Numbered from the whole stretch's first letter, positions 26,180 to 39,721 are shown. The stretch: 63,981 bases of DNA, filler included, from Phoronis australis (GCA_002633005.1; 6 parts of 6 records of this genome joined end to end with filler, not necessarily neighbours in it), one strand, 5' to 3'. Program-made: numbers and translations. The notes: generated by a model not told the origin, from the letters alone.

Positions 26180-27474
26180 TAGCCCAGCCAGCACCCAGCC
26201 TTCCCATTCAGTAACGCTAGGACCTCGCTAAAAAGCAAGACTTCGCGAGATTACGTGAGATATTGCTGTGCATTTTGAATTAGAGCACGTGACTTTGACT
26301 AGAACCTAGCGGCGTATGTCCTAGCGTCTACTGCCGAACGCACGCCAGGTATCACGCAGTGGCACGCGCTTTAGCATTGGTCGATGTAACCTCGGCAGTC
26401 ATTGCTTAGCTTAACAACACCGTGAAAAATGGCGGATTGTGAACGATTTTTAGCCTTGTCATGCAAGTGGCGTCGCAGCAACTATTTCGTTTCTGCAGTG
26501 ATGTTTAATAGCCGCGTCCTTGAAGCACATACATGTACATGTACAATAAAAACATATCTGGCCGATTTAACCGATGTGTTATTCATACTGTATGAATACA
26601 GGACACTATCGTAAACAAAAGTCATCGATAGTAGAGAGATGCTTTCCGAAAAGGCGCAATCACTAGGCTTCCGGCCGACATTTCCTGAACATACTGAATT
26701 ATAAGCACCGATTTGTCTGTACAACAGACCAGTTTACACTTCAGTCCATCAGTCATGCCAATTTGTTTGCGTTAAGCGCTGCCTGTTGAGAATTCGACTA
26801 GCCGGTGTAAAAAAAGTTACCGAGGAAAATTAAGTGATACCTGCGTGCTGGCGCGGCTACCGCCCCACCCAGCGGCACGCAGGGAACTAGCGAGCATGAT
26901 CGAGCGGCTCAGACATCTGATTGGTCTACACGTCATAAGTTTGTAAAAACCAATCATGTGCCTTAACCGGATTNGTGTAAAAAAAGTTACCGAGGAAAAT
27001 TAAGTGATACCTGCGTGCTGGCGCGGCTACCGCCCCACCCAGCGGCACGCAGGGAACTAGCGAGCATGGATCGAGCGGCTCAGACATCTGATTGGTCTAC
27101 ACGTCATAAGTTTGTAAAAACCAATCATGTGCCTTAACCGGATTACCTGGCGGAAGCCGCGAAGCCAATCAAATGCCCCCAATGTGTTCAGTAAAGAGTA
27201 AAGCCCCAGTCCAGTATGACACGGCACCATAGACCGCCAACTCCGTATACTTTCAATGGACGAAATCTGTGACCTTACGCACAAGCCCTTACGTCATTAT
27301 TCACTGGCGACATCTGCCTCCCGTTCAGTAACGCTAGGACCTCGCTAAAAAGCAAGACTTCGCGAGAATACGTGAGATTTTGGCATGTATTTTAAATAAG
27401 AACACGTGACTTTGACTAGGTTTTAGCTAGGTCCTAGCGTAGGTCCTAGCGTCTACTGAACGCACGCCTGGCTA
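26180..27474. mobile_element. Probable non-autonomous DNA element with two ~145-bp direct repeats (26205-26349, 27322-27474), each internally palindromic
   Basis: TTCAGTAACGCTAGGAC...GTCCTAGCGTCTACTG in both units. Outer ends TAGCCCAG / CTGGCTA; no TSD found. Confidence 0.5.
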
Positions 27475-27517
27475 AACTATCTGGTGCAATTTCCGGCAAG
27501 TACGTCGTCTGCTAATC

Positions 27518-27712
27518 ATGGTCGGCTACTGTGTGGCCGGTTGTTCGGCCACACAAGCGAAATGCAAAGGAATTAGCCTCCATACCATCTGAAGACCCCA
27601 TAATCGGCTGTGGGAAGAAAACCAAGATACTTCTTTTGTCAACGTGAATGGCAGTTGTTTCAGCAATAAGACTTTATACATTTGTTCAAGGCACTTCGAA
27701 GATAAATGTTTT
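27518..27712 (+). pseudogene. THAP zinc-finger remnant, probably transposon-derived
   Basis: MVGYCVAGCSATQAKCKGISLHT then stop, followed later by LYICSRHFEDKCF (C2CH THAP signature). Confidence 0.7.
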
Positions 27713-27883
27713 TAAGAGACTTTACTACTTAGTCTTAATCCTGTCTTCACAAATCCATTTTTGTTTTCTCCGTTTTGATGAAAACTATTTGGTAAACTTT
27801 TTGACGAAAATTATCTGCTAAATTTCTTCCAGAGGTAGTGACTCGTAAACTCCTCAGTGTCCTTACGAGGAAGTTCAGCCATA

Positions 27884-30800
27884 TAGTCGGTGGGCCAGAT
27901 TTTGTAGGGCCTCTAGAAAATGGTTTTTGTGAGTACTTTAGGGGGGCAATTTTATTTTGGTGTTTTTTAGTTCATTTATTAGAGTGTTTTCAAAATCTAA
28001 AAAGTTCCCACATATAAAGTTGCACATTTTTGAGAAATTTGAGTTTGAAGTTACCTAATAATCACCAAAGAGCTTAGTAAACTTATATTTGTAAAAACAA
28101 CAGTTTTGGTGACTTTTTTGTAAAACAAGTAATATGGTCCCATCAGTGCCATTGTATTGAACAATATTACACTCACATTACATGTTTTACTATTGTAAAT
28201 TAATTGTAAACAGTGAAATTTAAAAAACGTAAAGAGACACCTAGTGGCAAAAATACAAACTAAGTCTGAATGTTTCTAGGAAGTTATTCTGGCATTGTCA
28301 GGCAACAAAAATAACACAAAACACTTGAGACTGGGCAAAATTTGTGCCTCAATGACTAAAACATTGACTAATGGTGTAAAATACAGCTTGTTTGCATAAT
28401 ACACCAGAAATATGTTATAGTACAAAAACAATATAGTTGAATGATCTCTGTGAATGTGCACAAAGACTGTATTAAAATAGATTATTCTGACAGCGTTTAT
28501 TAAGCAGTATGAGACAAATACATGACAATGATCAAAGTATGTACTTTCTATGACTTAATCAACAAATAAAATTAACTTTTTAATACAAAAAAGGAAATAA
28601 CGGGGTTGGAGGTCTATTTAGGGTTGGCCTGTCAAAGAACTATCCAATGTTATGCAGTCAGTGTTGCTGATGTTACTACAGTTGTCACAGCTGCACATTT
28701 CTGTACAGTTTGACCCAGCATTGCAGCACAAACTCAGTTTCCCAGCACACATGTTCTTTTTGCACTTGCAGCGTTCATCGTTTAGTACTGTCAATGGAGA
28801 TGCGGTCATTGCCATACATATTAACTGCAAAGCTCCACCGCCAAGGAGCCAACTATGGTCGATTAGAGAGGGTACAGCACTGCACACTGGTGATTAGCCC
28901 GCAGGCAATGAAGGGTCAAACACTAAGTCCTTGTTTGGAGGCGGGCACTATTTGGGCAAACGTTTGATTCAAAATATGTTACAATGGGCTGTGTTAATTA
29001 GAGTCAGCAAGTGAATTATTGAACACTAGCCTCAATTCACTTTCGTATCTCTTAGTCAGGCACAAACTACAACAGTGAGTAGCTTCAACAATATTTCTTA
29101 AGATTGCCTGTCCAAATAACTTCATGCACACCAGCTTTCTGAAGAACAGCTTCAAAGTCTTGCTTTATTTTTGAAAGGCAAATGACATCTCCATGTGCTA
29201 GAAGCTTTGATTCAATGAACTCCAAACAAAACTGTAGAAAAACATCTCTGAAAACTGGGGATTCGTCACTCTCCACAATCTTTGTCTTTCTCTTTTTTAT
29301 AGCATGATGATCTGTGGTACTTGGCTTCTAAGACACAAGGTCTTTATCTTTGAATTTCATTTGCATATTCAGGGCTCTGGACTGAGCTGTTGCTTGCGAT
29401 ACAAGTCCAACTGAAAAAAACCCGAACTGTTAACACTAATTTAACATTCAACTATGAGTGAGTTGGCATGCAACTTTTTCAGACGGACGTATCAGGAGCT
29501 GATCCACCACCAGCCTAACAAATTTACATGCCGTCTGATCTGTAGCCTAATAATGTTGATCGTCTAATAATTAGATCAGTAGATGCAGCTGAAAATAAAT
29601 CAGCTGATATACCTGTGCAGTGATTGAAATTTAATTTTTTTTAAATCAGATGCTCAAACCATAGTCAATCGATTTACACTTAAGGTAATCGACGTTTGAC
29701 GAAATGGACAGTGGCTTCCATCGTCCTCAAATTTCGACGGCGACGATGGCCACTTAGGCACTTTAATTTAATTATCATTGCAGCTGCTACCTAAGTAATT
29801 AATGTTTACAAAAAATTGAGACTACGGCAGGGGATGACGGCCACTTGGGCATGTTGTTTGCAACTATCTACTCCATTTAACCTTCTCAAAAATTTTTGAC
29901 TTAAAGTGCTTTAAAATCACACCCACAGTATAACGCCATAGGATTATCCCTTAGCGCAAGCAGTGTCGATGTGGCAACTGAATGGAGTGTTCGAAAAACA
30001 GGATTGCAGGAGTATTTGTTTAAACTGGGAACAAATGAAAACATTAACGACCTCCTCAGAGGCATCTCTCTACGCGGTACTTCTAAACTTATAGGAACAT
30101 AATTTGCCGAAAAGTATCCGGCATATGAAGTACCTATGGTATGATCATCGTCTCTACTGGGTCAGCAGTATTGTCTAAGGCCTAGGCAGCCAAGGGGCTG
30201 AACAAGTTAAAAAACAACTGGTGATAATACTGAAACACACATGGAAAACACCAAGATGTATTTTTAAAAAACACGTACCTGTTTTTGAAAGCTATACTTC
30301 TTTCTCTTTCTTGAAATGTGGCCCATAATGTACTTTTCCTGCTAACAAATGATGCACTCATGTTTCAGAATGTTCCTATCTTGTTCAGGTTAATTGGGTG
30401 TTTCAGATTTTGGAAGTGATTGATTTTCTTGGGAAATCTTGGATAACATCTGTATCACTTTCAGCAACTTCAGCTTTAGTACTACTGTTGGTGCCTTGAA
30501 ACGTTGCTATGCCGTTCTATGTCCTTTCAATTTTTTGGTCTGACACTTGGTCTTCTAGTCTACAGCACTCAGCAGTATACTGTGTAGGCTACCAGGACAT
30601 GCAGCTGTTTTCTGCACAAACGTTTGTGATTGTGACACCTCTTCTTCTTTTTGATCTACTGATCTACAGAGTTCCACAGTCAATCAGCTTTCGTCAGGAA
30701 GCTTTCCTAAGCTTCTTTAGGCTCTGACATCACAATTTTGTGCTGTTTGATAAACCTTGAATTATACAGACATCACATTCCATGGGAGCAGCCATATTGA

Positions 30801-31053
30801 AGTAACTAAGCACAACAATACAATCTGGCTCTCTGATTGGTCAATTCACTAGAAAAGCGCCATCAAGTGGCAGGAATATGCATCATATTTTGTGCAACAA
30901 AAACACCTTTTTTAAAAAAAATGTGCAAGTGTAGACGTGGGAACTTTTTGGAATTTGATTTTTAGTTATATTATCTAGCCACATAGAAAAAACTAGGTTG
31001 CCCTCCCAAAGTACTCACAAGGGTGAACGCTATGAGATTTGGCCCACCGACTA
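27884..31053 (-). mobile_element. Academ-like DNA transposon, degenerate or internally deleted, 3.17 kb
   Basis: TIRs TAGTCGGTGGGCCA.AT / AT.TGGCCCACCGACTA with matching subterminal GTGAGTACTTT, and a 3-bp TSD ATA. Minus-strand remnant with Cys-rich C-terminus CKCKKNMC...CTEMCSCDNCSN (28640-28890). Confidence 0.8.
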
Positions 31054-33099
31054 ATAGCCTAGTATGCGAATTAACCAAATTACTCATCGCTGGCCCTGAT
31101 CAGACGGTTGGTCTCAGCAGAATGCGCACATTTGGCCAGGATTTGGATCAGCGATTTCAACACATTCACATTCGTGTACAAATGAATAGAACGCTGGTAA
31201 AACCTTTAACATAAATAAAGATTACATTAATACTTCATAAATAAGCACACGGACCAGTCAAAATCTATCTCGCAATTCAACAGCAGGTTACACTCATTTC
31301 ATGTCGGATATATGCCGCACAAAAACTCTCGACTGCCGTCTATGAAAATGCAACCAACTACTTTGAAAACATGGAACAGGAACACCAGCGGGGTGTAAAG
31401 GTTGTTTTTATTCTTCAACGTTAAATTTTTTTATAAGCGGACATATGTTTTTTTAAATTTCCGCCTTAAGTCCTAACATTTCTAAACTTAAGCCTTTCAA
31501 ACGAAGGTTTATGACGAAAACAAAATTCTTCAACCAGTTTTGTAAAGTCCTATGCCACCTGTAGGGTACATAATGAGCCAATCCCACTCCTAATGTAACA
31601 AAAGGGTCCCGTGCATAAAGGATACTAAGTATTGCCCTTCTGAAATATTACCGTATGCGCCCTAATAAGCGGCCAGGGTGCTTAGAAAAATCCGCTTCAT
31701 GAAGGGGGCGCTTATTATAGCTCAAAAGTGGTTGAAACCCGGTCTCCGAAACAGGTGAAATCTTAAGCTAGAATTCATCAAAGTTACGCTCTGTGACGCA
31801 TCTGCAACCTATGAACAGAGTTTCTACAAAACTGCAGTGCATTGCTATCAAACTTTGTTGTCAACTTACGAGCATTTTTCAGAAAATACCACGACTGCCA
31901 AAAATTGCCGTGAATCAGGTTTCAAGCTCCTCAGCTTGGTTTAACTATATATTAATAAACCATAAATATGGTTCCAAGTGATCAGTGCAATGCCTGCGCA
32001 CGTCTAATAATGTGTATCATGCAGCTCCTGATTTAAACAAAGGTCTGTTTTTTTAAGTTTGGTCCGGTATAAATAATGCCACAGACCTGGAAATCCAGCG
32101 AAACACTTCTACCTTACAAATCTGACAATCCCTAATATCAGAAAATTTGAGCACCCGGCAAAAGATACCAATGATGAAATTCTGGTGATGATAATTACCC
32201 ACTTTGTTTATTTACTTCACCTCAATTTGAAATACTTGGTAAAATGAAGCCCATTCGAGTAAGCATCACGTGGGTCCCAATGCCAACCCAATATAAGATA
32301 GAACCCAACAAGCTCAAGTTGCAGTCAAATCAGGATGGGCATAAATAACGAAATTTACTGTATCAACAGATTGGCCAAATAAGAATAAGATACAGTGTTG
32401 CTACAGTGCACACGGTCACGATACTTGGTCTATTATTTTCCCGCCGTAAATGCATGAACCAATCACTGGCAGATCACCAATGGCGCAAAGTTTTCGAAAA
32501 CAGCTCGATTTTTAGGGAGTCCTGTTTTACTGTTCTATTTATTTTCAAAACTTTTTTGTGTTACATTTAGTTTATTTTCTGTTCAACTCAATGAAGCCAC
32601 CTAATATGAATGCATTCAACACAATTAATGCATTGTAAAAACCAAAAGTTATGGTCTATCAACGTTAGACAAAATCAGTACACCCCTTTCTTAAAAATCA
32701 CTTGTAACGTCGATTTTCGACATTGATGTTGGGGAGGAACAACAGTCTGGCGACAGCAACACGTAACCACACGAAGGCGATGATTTTCAAAATTTGATTC
32801 GTTTTCGTAGCCGTGTCTTTTTTCCCTATGGTTCAGAGCTACTTCTGAATCCAGGAACAAGAATTGAAAAACGCAGGGTTCGTGATAACGTTGGAGAACG
32901 GTAACATTTATATAAGGTGATACAACTGTCATCGATATTGCCATCTTCTCTGTTTTCATCCAACCTTCCCAGATGAAAACTTGAATGAAGGGGACCTTCA
33001 GTACTTGAGTGAGCATGGTATACTGTGTGATTTATGTTGAATTATTCACGCTATAGCTACAACCAACGTCCCTTTTAAGGGCCACTCAACACTTCCCAG

Positions 33100-33350
33100 A
33101 AGAACTGCTCACTTGAGAATGTTCATTTATAAACATGCTTTCGTAGTTTTCTCAGGAGGCTTATGTGAACCATAAATCAAAAACTGTCCGATAACTATGC
33201 TGCTATTGGGCAAGCAGACGACATAATCAGTCTAAGAACTGCTCACTTGAGAATGCTTTCGTAGTTTTCTCAGTAGGCCTATGTGAACCATAAATCAAAA
33301 ACTGTCCGATAACTATGCTGCTATTGGGCAAGCAGACGACATAATCAGTC
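33100..33350. repeat. Near-identical tandem duplication (units about 134 and 117 bp)
   Basis: AAGAACTGCTCACTTGAGAATG...GACGACATAATCAGTC occurs twice. Confidence 0.9.
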
Positions 33351-33649
33351 GGCACAAAAGTTTGAATTTTGTAATTAATTACCAGTAGCATTGCCAAAAG
33401 TACTCACAATACCAACACTTCTACTACTGAAAGACTTTGGAAAGAGTTTCAATGCCGAAATTAATATTTTTTTCGTTGTTTTGGACAGTAAAGTAGAAGC
33501 AAGTATTTCTCGTCAAAATACACTGACCGGAAACTGCAGCAGATAGGTCAGGAGAGTTCAACTCAGCATGTAAGGATATGCCGGAGTTGCGAATCTGTTG
33601 TCTATAATCTATGATAGCACAGAGGTTGAAGGTACGTACAATGCACACT

Positions 33650-34465
33650 CACAGGGGTACGTGCACTACATTTCAGTGACTTGTGAGGTTGATAAAAATA
33701 CTTAGAATCTACTGAGAGTTAATTCACTTAACCAAATCTATTCAACTAGAACAAACAAAAGTACAGCAAAAATGAGTATGCCTGTGTGTCATTCTTTGAA
33801 AACAGGCACATGTTAAAATATAAGGGTACGTACACTACAAATGCTAATATTTCACTGAAAATAAATGCATCTGTAATTAACACCCTTTTAACCTAGCATT
33901 TTAATAGAGGAAATGTCTGTGACAAATGTTGCATACTTACTGTGTAATTTTTTGTTTCATGGTTATTGTTCACATCGGGGTACACACACTACATTTCAAT
34001 GACATGGCAGATTTGTAACTAAATACTAAGACTCTACTGAGAGTTAGTTGATTTACTAAATCAATTCAAAGACAATAAATAACAAGCACAGCATCTATGT
34101 GCATACATGTATTTGCCATACTTTGAAAATAGTCACAAATTAAAATATGGGGCATGTACACTACGCAAATGCTAATAATTTACTCAAAACAAATGTATTT
34201 TCTATAAACACTCTTTTAACCTAACATTTTAATGGAGGGAAAATGTCTATGACCAATGTTGCTCACTTACTAATGGCATTTGTAAACATGGATGTACGTA
34301 CATGTACTCTACAAACCGTACATACTCTAACATAACGTAGTATGGCCATTTATTTTTCTTTGGTGAAAATAAACACCATGTTGTTATTTAAAAGGCTGTA
34401 ATTTCATTTGCAGTGACCAATTGTGTTATTGAATTCCACATGGGTGTACGTACAATACATTTTGT
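33650..34465. repeat. Old tandem array, ~160-bp subunits in a ~325-bp higher-order unit
   Basis: GGGTACGTACACTACA-like core near 33654, 33825, 33977, 34149, 34290 and 34442. Confidence 0.7.
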
Positions 34466-34940
34466 TAGCCATTTTTTGCCCATTTTCACTATAGAAGAAA
34501 CCTAGTCAATATCCAAACTTCTGGTTTGTTTAGATATAGAATAATTTTCTGGGTTGCCTAGGCTAAGATATTCTGCAGTTCTTTTTAATAGAGAGTGAAC
34601 TTAAGTTTTTAACCTTCTTTACAGTAGGTGAGGGTTGGAAACGCAGTATTCACAAATTTCGTAACAAGTGCCTGTTTTATGATGAACCCTGCCATTTCTC
34701 AATGACAAAGAACAACTTTGTCTAGGTGATTCTGAAAGTGAATAAAGTTATTCCTGTCATATCAAAGCAACTGCTTACTTAATAAAATAATGTTCTTTTT
34801 CTACTTTTGACAGTTGAAAATAGTAATTTCTAAAATGGCCACTCGTAACGCTAAAATTGCATTAAATTCATAGACAAAAACATGCATAAATTTCTCAAAC
34901 ATTGTCTGATTTTGATGATTCTTTTTTAATTTGCACAACN

Positions 34941-35110
34941 CAGTGGCGTATCTACGGGGGGGTTCAGGGGGTTTAAACCCCCCCTCGGGCCAGGACCCAA
35001 AAATTAAAAACAAAACAAAACAAAAGCGTCTCCAGCAAAACAAAAACGGCACCGCCAGCGTGTGTAAACCCCAAGTAAACCAACTTGGAAAAAATTGAGG
35101 GGAGGGGGTT
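34941..35110. mobile_element. hAT-like MITE left end
   Basis: Begins CAGTGGCGTATCTACGGGGGGG at a contig join; right end not identified. Confidence 0.4.
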
Positions 35111-37109
35111 CACTCTGAAAATATAGTTTGTGAATTGCTGAGTCTTTGTAGCTCATTGGCAAAACGCGCGGGGATTTATTGTGCGCGCGCTTCCGTCGAC
35201 ACTTCTGAAGTAGACAAGCATTTTAGATGGATTCACCGCAGTTCTAAAGCTGATTTCTTTAGGTAACTAGCTTCTTTACTCTAAGATATATTTTGATTTG
35301 ATTAGGGAAATACTGCGGTGCCGCAACCCTGATATTCAGGCGAATTGACGTGCAACTTTTTTTCCTCATTTGTCATGCCGTGTCATTCTATTACACTCAA
35401 CACGTTTGATACTGATGTATAGTAAAGTTGTCTTGCGCAATATCATACAGTGTACATGTACATGTAATATTGTGTACATGTACATGTAATATTTTTGAAA
35501 AAAGTTCTTTTTCCGAAGAATTGCTATTGTGGCGGGCGCCGTGGTCTGGTCGCGAGTCCGTTTGAAGACACACTCTATAACAAGTTATGTCTATACCAGG
35601 AATGACCAAGGGGGCACTCACATTGAGAAAGTGACCGCATTCGCGAAAAGTGTACAGCACCAGAAATTGCGGGGAGGCTGTTCTTTCACAACAATTAAAG
35701 TCTTGCGGGACTCGTGCGATGTTCAATAGGCCTCCTAAGGATCCCTAGTTCCGACCTCAACACCTACCGTCNNNNNNNNNNNNNNNNNNNNNNNNNNNNN
35801 NNNNNNNNNNNNNNNTTAATTAATTAANNNNNNNNNNNNNNNNNNNNNNNNNNNNNNNNNNNNNNNNNNNNAATACTGCGTGTATAAATTAAATCCATTC
35901 AATAGCTCTAGAAATTTTTGTTTCTTACTTTGAAATAACATATTCAACATTGCGTAATCAGTATTTGAGATTACGATTAAAATGCAGAAATTCCTTATCG
36001 ACTCTTCCTATACGTGTACATTTTTACATTTTAAATTGAAATTTAAAGATAAATCAAACAAAACCTATTCCATTTGTCTGGTGATGTCAGCATTGAAATT
36101 AAGATTAACATCACAAAAAATGAAGACTGACTTTTTGACATTGATGCACCCAAAAAGCAAATGAGTAATAGATTCGTGGGAACTCACTCACACCTATGTC
36201 AAAAGAACACAGAATGGACTCAATTGCACTATTTTTTCTGGAATGACTTTTTGCTCAAATTCTATGTACCGGAACCATTTCGACTGAGCAACCTAAAGAA
36301 AAAATATTTTCATTATTATTTCAAAACACGTGCTCCATTTTTCTCCCATAAGTGTCTGTAAAATTCATTTGTTATAAAGGAATTGATAAAATCAACAGAG
36401 CAATTAAAACACTTTGCAGCGGCAAAGTATACCATAGATTGTACTATCAAATCAAAAAGAGGAACACACCAACGGAATGATATTGAAGAAGCTTCAGTCA
36501 TGTCAAAAGCATTTCTTCTCGTCTAACCAGTCGGCATAATCGAGAATTCTCTTTCACCCAATGTATGGAATGTCCGAATACCTTACATTCAATGGAACTT
36601 CAAGGGGTCAGTTGTAATCTCCCTTAATATTGAATCTCAGTGGTCCGTAGCGATGGGAAAAGTGAACATAATAACACAACGCCTCTAGTGTAACACTTGC
36701 ATTGAGCATTCGCTGCAGCGCAAGAAAGAAGGTTTGCCGCAGACGGGAAGTTTACGGTATTAAATTTTGACAGATACTGACATGTAAGTAAAATGGTGCT
36801 CGGTAAGTTTTAATCTGTGGCTAAATATCTGTTGAAAATTACTACTTTGGACGGTCACGCTTTCACTCAAGTGCACGGAATCGAGGTGAGCTTACATCTT
36901 TTGAGGTATAGAATTAAGACATTCCAATTAAAATGAAACCTGCTTGATACTGTATATAACTTAATTGTTGCTGTAAACCACATGGGGTACATGTAGTCTT
37001 CCCATTGTTTGTGAGAATCTCGACATTATTTGTTAATTAAAATCAGCCAATTACTAGGTAGGTATATAAAACAGGTATTGTTGAGAGAGACAGATTTCCA
37101 ACTGAGCTG

Positions 37110-37760
37110 TAGCTAGCTGCAATGTGATGAATGTTTTCAGTCATCCAGTTGGGTCATAGTATAAGAATCAATAAATCTATTACTGGACTTACGGTACGAG
37201 GCAAACCATGACAGAGTCAGGCCTCAGAACACGCAGCCTGACAATAGGGGAAATATCGTGGTAACGTTGCCTTTTGTGCCAGGGATCGCTGACCAGATCA
37301 AATCACATATGAGGGGTCACAACATTTCTGTTGTATTCAAACCTGTTAACACCATAAGGAGTCAATTGTTAAATGTGAAAGACAAAACCAGCAAAGAGAA
37401 AACATCAAATGTGGTGTATGGCATTTCATGCTCGAAATCGCGGTGTGGAGCAACATATACATGTATTGGGGAAACCAAACAAGCCATGAAAAGTCGTTTC
37501 AACCAGTCTCGGAGGTCCAGTTATGAGTACTGCTATGATTCTGCAGTTTTTAGTCACATGGCTTCCACAGACCACTCTTTCGCCATGGAAGATGTGAAAA
37601 TCCTGCATAGAGAAGAAAATTGGTTTCGGAGAAGGGTCAAAGAAGCTATATACGAGACAATTGAGAATCCTAGCCTCAATGGACAGGGGGGCTGCAGTTT
37701 CACTTACCTAGGACATGGGATAGGGCGCTGAAGAGAATCCCGCGGAAACTGTACGTAAGT
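37110..37760 (+). mobile_element. Penelope-like retroelement fragment: GIY-YIG endonuclease with an inverted terminal segment at the 5' side
   Basis: LPFVPG...VVFKP.NT...KD...SNVVYGISC...Y(TC)IGET...R...SAV..H...H.F...IL.RE.NW..R..KEAI...PSLN. The 37110-37190 segment read on the minus strand resembles a PLE 3' end (CTGGATGACTGAAAACATTCAT). Confidence 0.9.
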
Positions 37761-38119
37761 GCGGTATGTTTGAGTTTTCGTCCTTCGGCGATTGGTAGAG
37801 ACATGGATTGCAATGGAAAATAGTTATGGAGATAACAGCAACCATGAAATAATCCTGTTCAGTATTATTACCCATCTGTGTTCTTGTGGATACACCCAGA
37901 CAAATGTTCATATTTTCTTTGCTTGTGCGGTATGCGGGGAGCAGAGTGTACAGCTTTTCCAGGCAGTCGAGCAATAACCAAATGTTTATTATATTTTTTT
38001 TTCTAAATGGATGTAAAGAATTTGACCCAAATGAAGAAAGGTTTTATTCGAAATTGTATCAAAATTTCTTTTTAACATTAAATGTCTTTGCGTCAGTCGA
38101 TCGAATTGTATACATACTG

Positions 38120-38800
38120 CACACAAAACGAACCGAGAGTGGCGTACATGAAGCAATATCCCACAAGACATTATTCCGCGTATCGATCGAGACCCATACG
38201 CATCGAATTCCTAAGTTTCTTTCATTTTTGGTAGATTTTTTAATACTTCACTCAGACTGTTTACGTGGCAGATCATATCCTATATGCACATTTATGTACT
38301 TGCGCGTTAAGTTGCCAGTTCTCTCCAGTAAAAGAAACATTTTTAAATGTAACCATTTATTACTTGAAAAGAGATAACACAGATGAAAGCAACTGTGACT
38401 GTGTATTGAACTTGTAACATCTCCTGAAAATAGTTAAATGACAACAACATTTCATATTGTAGTTACCGAGAAATCGGTGCCTGAGTTGCAGACGACCTAA
38501 TATTTAGCAATTGAAAACTGAGACAGAACTGTCATATAATTAACAGTTCGGTTCCGGATGCTACGATTGAGACCTCATTGCATGTTAAGTGTTACTCACG
38601 TCGTTGCAATTGCAATACTTTAAACTATTTCTCGAAAGTTTGATGATCGAACCGGCTGTCGACGTCGAGTCGACATTGACATACCTTTTGAACTTACCAT
38701 GACAGAGGTCACTGTTGAAGTAGTAGGGGAGGTGAATACGGAAAACATTATTACATGGCCGTATTTCCCTCGACTGATTCAACGCGCATGGGATAAAATC
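38120..38800. repeat. Second copy of the 13969-14790 modular repeat
   Basis: Same blocks in a different order. Confidence 0.75.
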
Positions 38801-39380
38801 CCTGATGTCACTTTTTGAGAATGTACATTCACTGTACTAAACATTTCATAATGAACATTAACAAGAGATTAGAACAACTTCTAAAATAGATGATTGATTG
38901 TCCACAATGTTTCAGTAATATCCCGTGTATTGTTAACAAAGCTGTGTTCAGGTAACAGTATTGTAACCACTCCAGTTCCAATAAATGAACTTCTTTTCAG
39001 TCACTTTTTGACCAGCAAGACAACATGTCCCAGTTTTTCATGGTCAGTGTGTTTTTAAAATCATCGATATTTCGCACGATTTTGCCCAATTCAAAGCATA
39101 GATTCTCCTCAAGCTGTGACTTTGATTTTATAATAACCAAATATACATTCTTATTTTCTTCAATTTCACCAACATTTAGAAAGTAAAACGCAGTAACCTG
39201 CCAAAGGTCTATAATCACTTGTAATATAATATCGTATGTCTGCTTCGTGCTATAACAACATATAACTGATATGCTTTCACTGTTGGTTGCATAAAAGGTT
39301 TAAGTTTTAGAATACAGTCAGACTCACATGTACTAGTCTCTTCAACTCCTGTGGCAAATACTTTATTTTGTTAATTACAC

Positions 39381-39493
39381 AGTGACCATGTTACAATGGG
39401 TAGTGACCATGTTACAATGGGTAGTGACATGTTACAATGGGTAGTGACATGTTACAATGGGTAGTGACATGTTACAATGGGTAGTGACATGTT
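39381..39493. repeat. 19-20 bp minisatellite AGTGAC(C)ATGTTACAATGGGT, about 5.5 copies
   Basis: Directly visible. Confidence 0.95.
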
Positions 39494-39612
39494 TTTGACA
39501 AAATGATAAAACTCGACACTTCGACGTTTTAGGACAGTGTCATATTCTACATTTTTGCACTGAAATTTTTCACAAAAGTTTGTTCTTATGAACCTTAATA
39601 CTTAATTTCCAG

Positions 39613-39721
39613 GGGACTTCTCAAGACCTTTATCCTTTTGGTGGTGCTTGCGTTACTCATGGATGGTGTCTCTTCTGTGAGCAGGAGACGACGCAGGACT
39701 TTTGAAAGCCAATACGACAAG
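39613..39721 (+). CDS. Orphan exon encoding a signal-peptide-like segment followed by RRRRR
   Basis: tttccag acceptor and aag|gtaatc donor. Translation GLLKTFILLVVLALLMDGVSSVSRRRRRTFESQYDK. A gap follows at 39776. Confidence 0.45.

Noticed and set aside
37728-37750. CTGAAGA...GAAAC as a Penelope hammerhead ribozyme
   Set aside because: No stem II pairing; it reads as a frameshifted coding continuation WDRALKRIPRKL.
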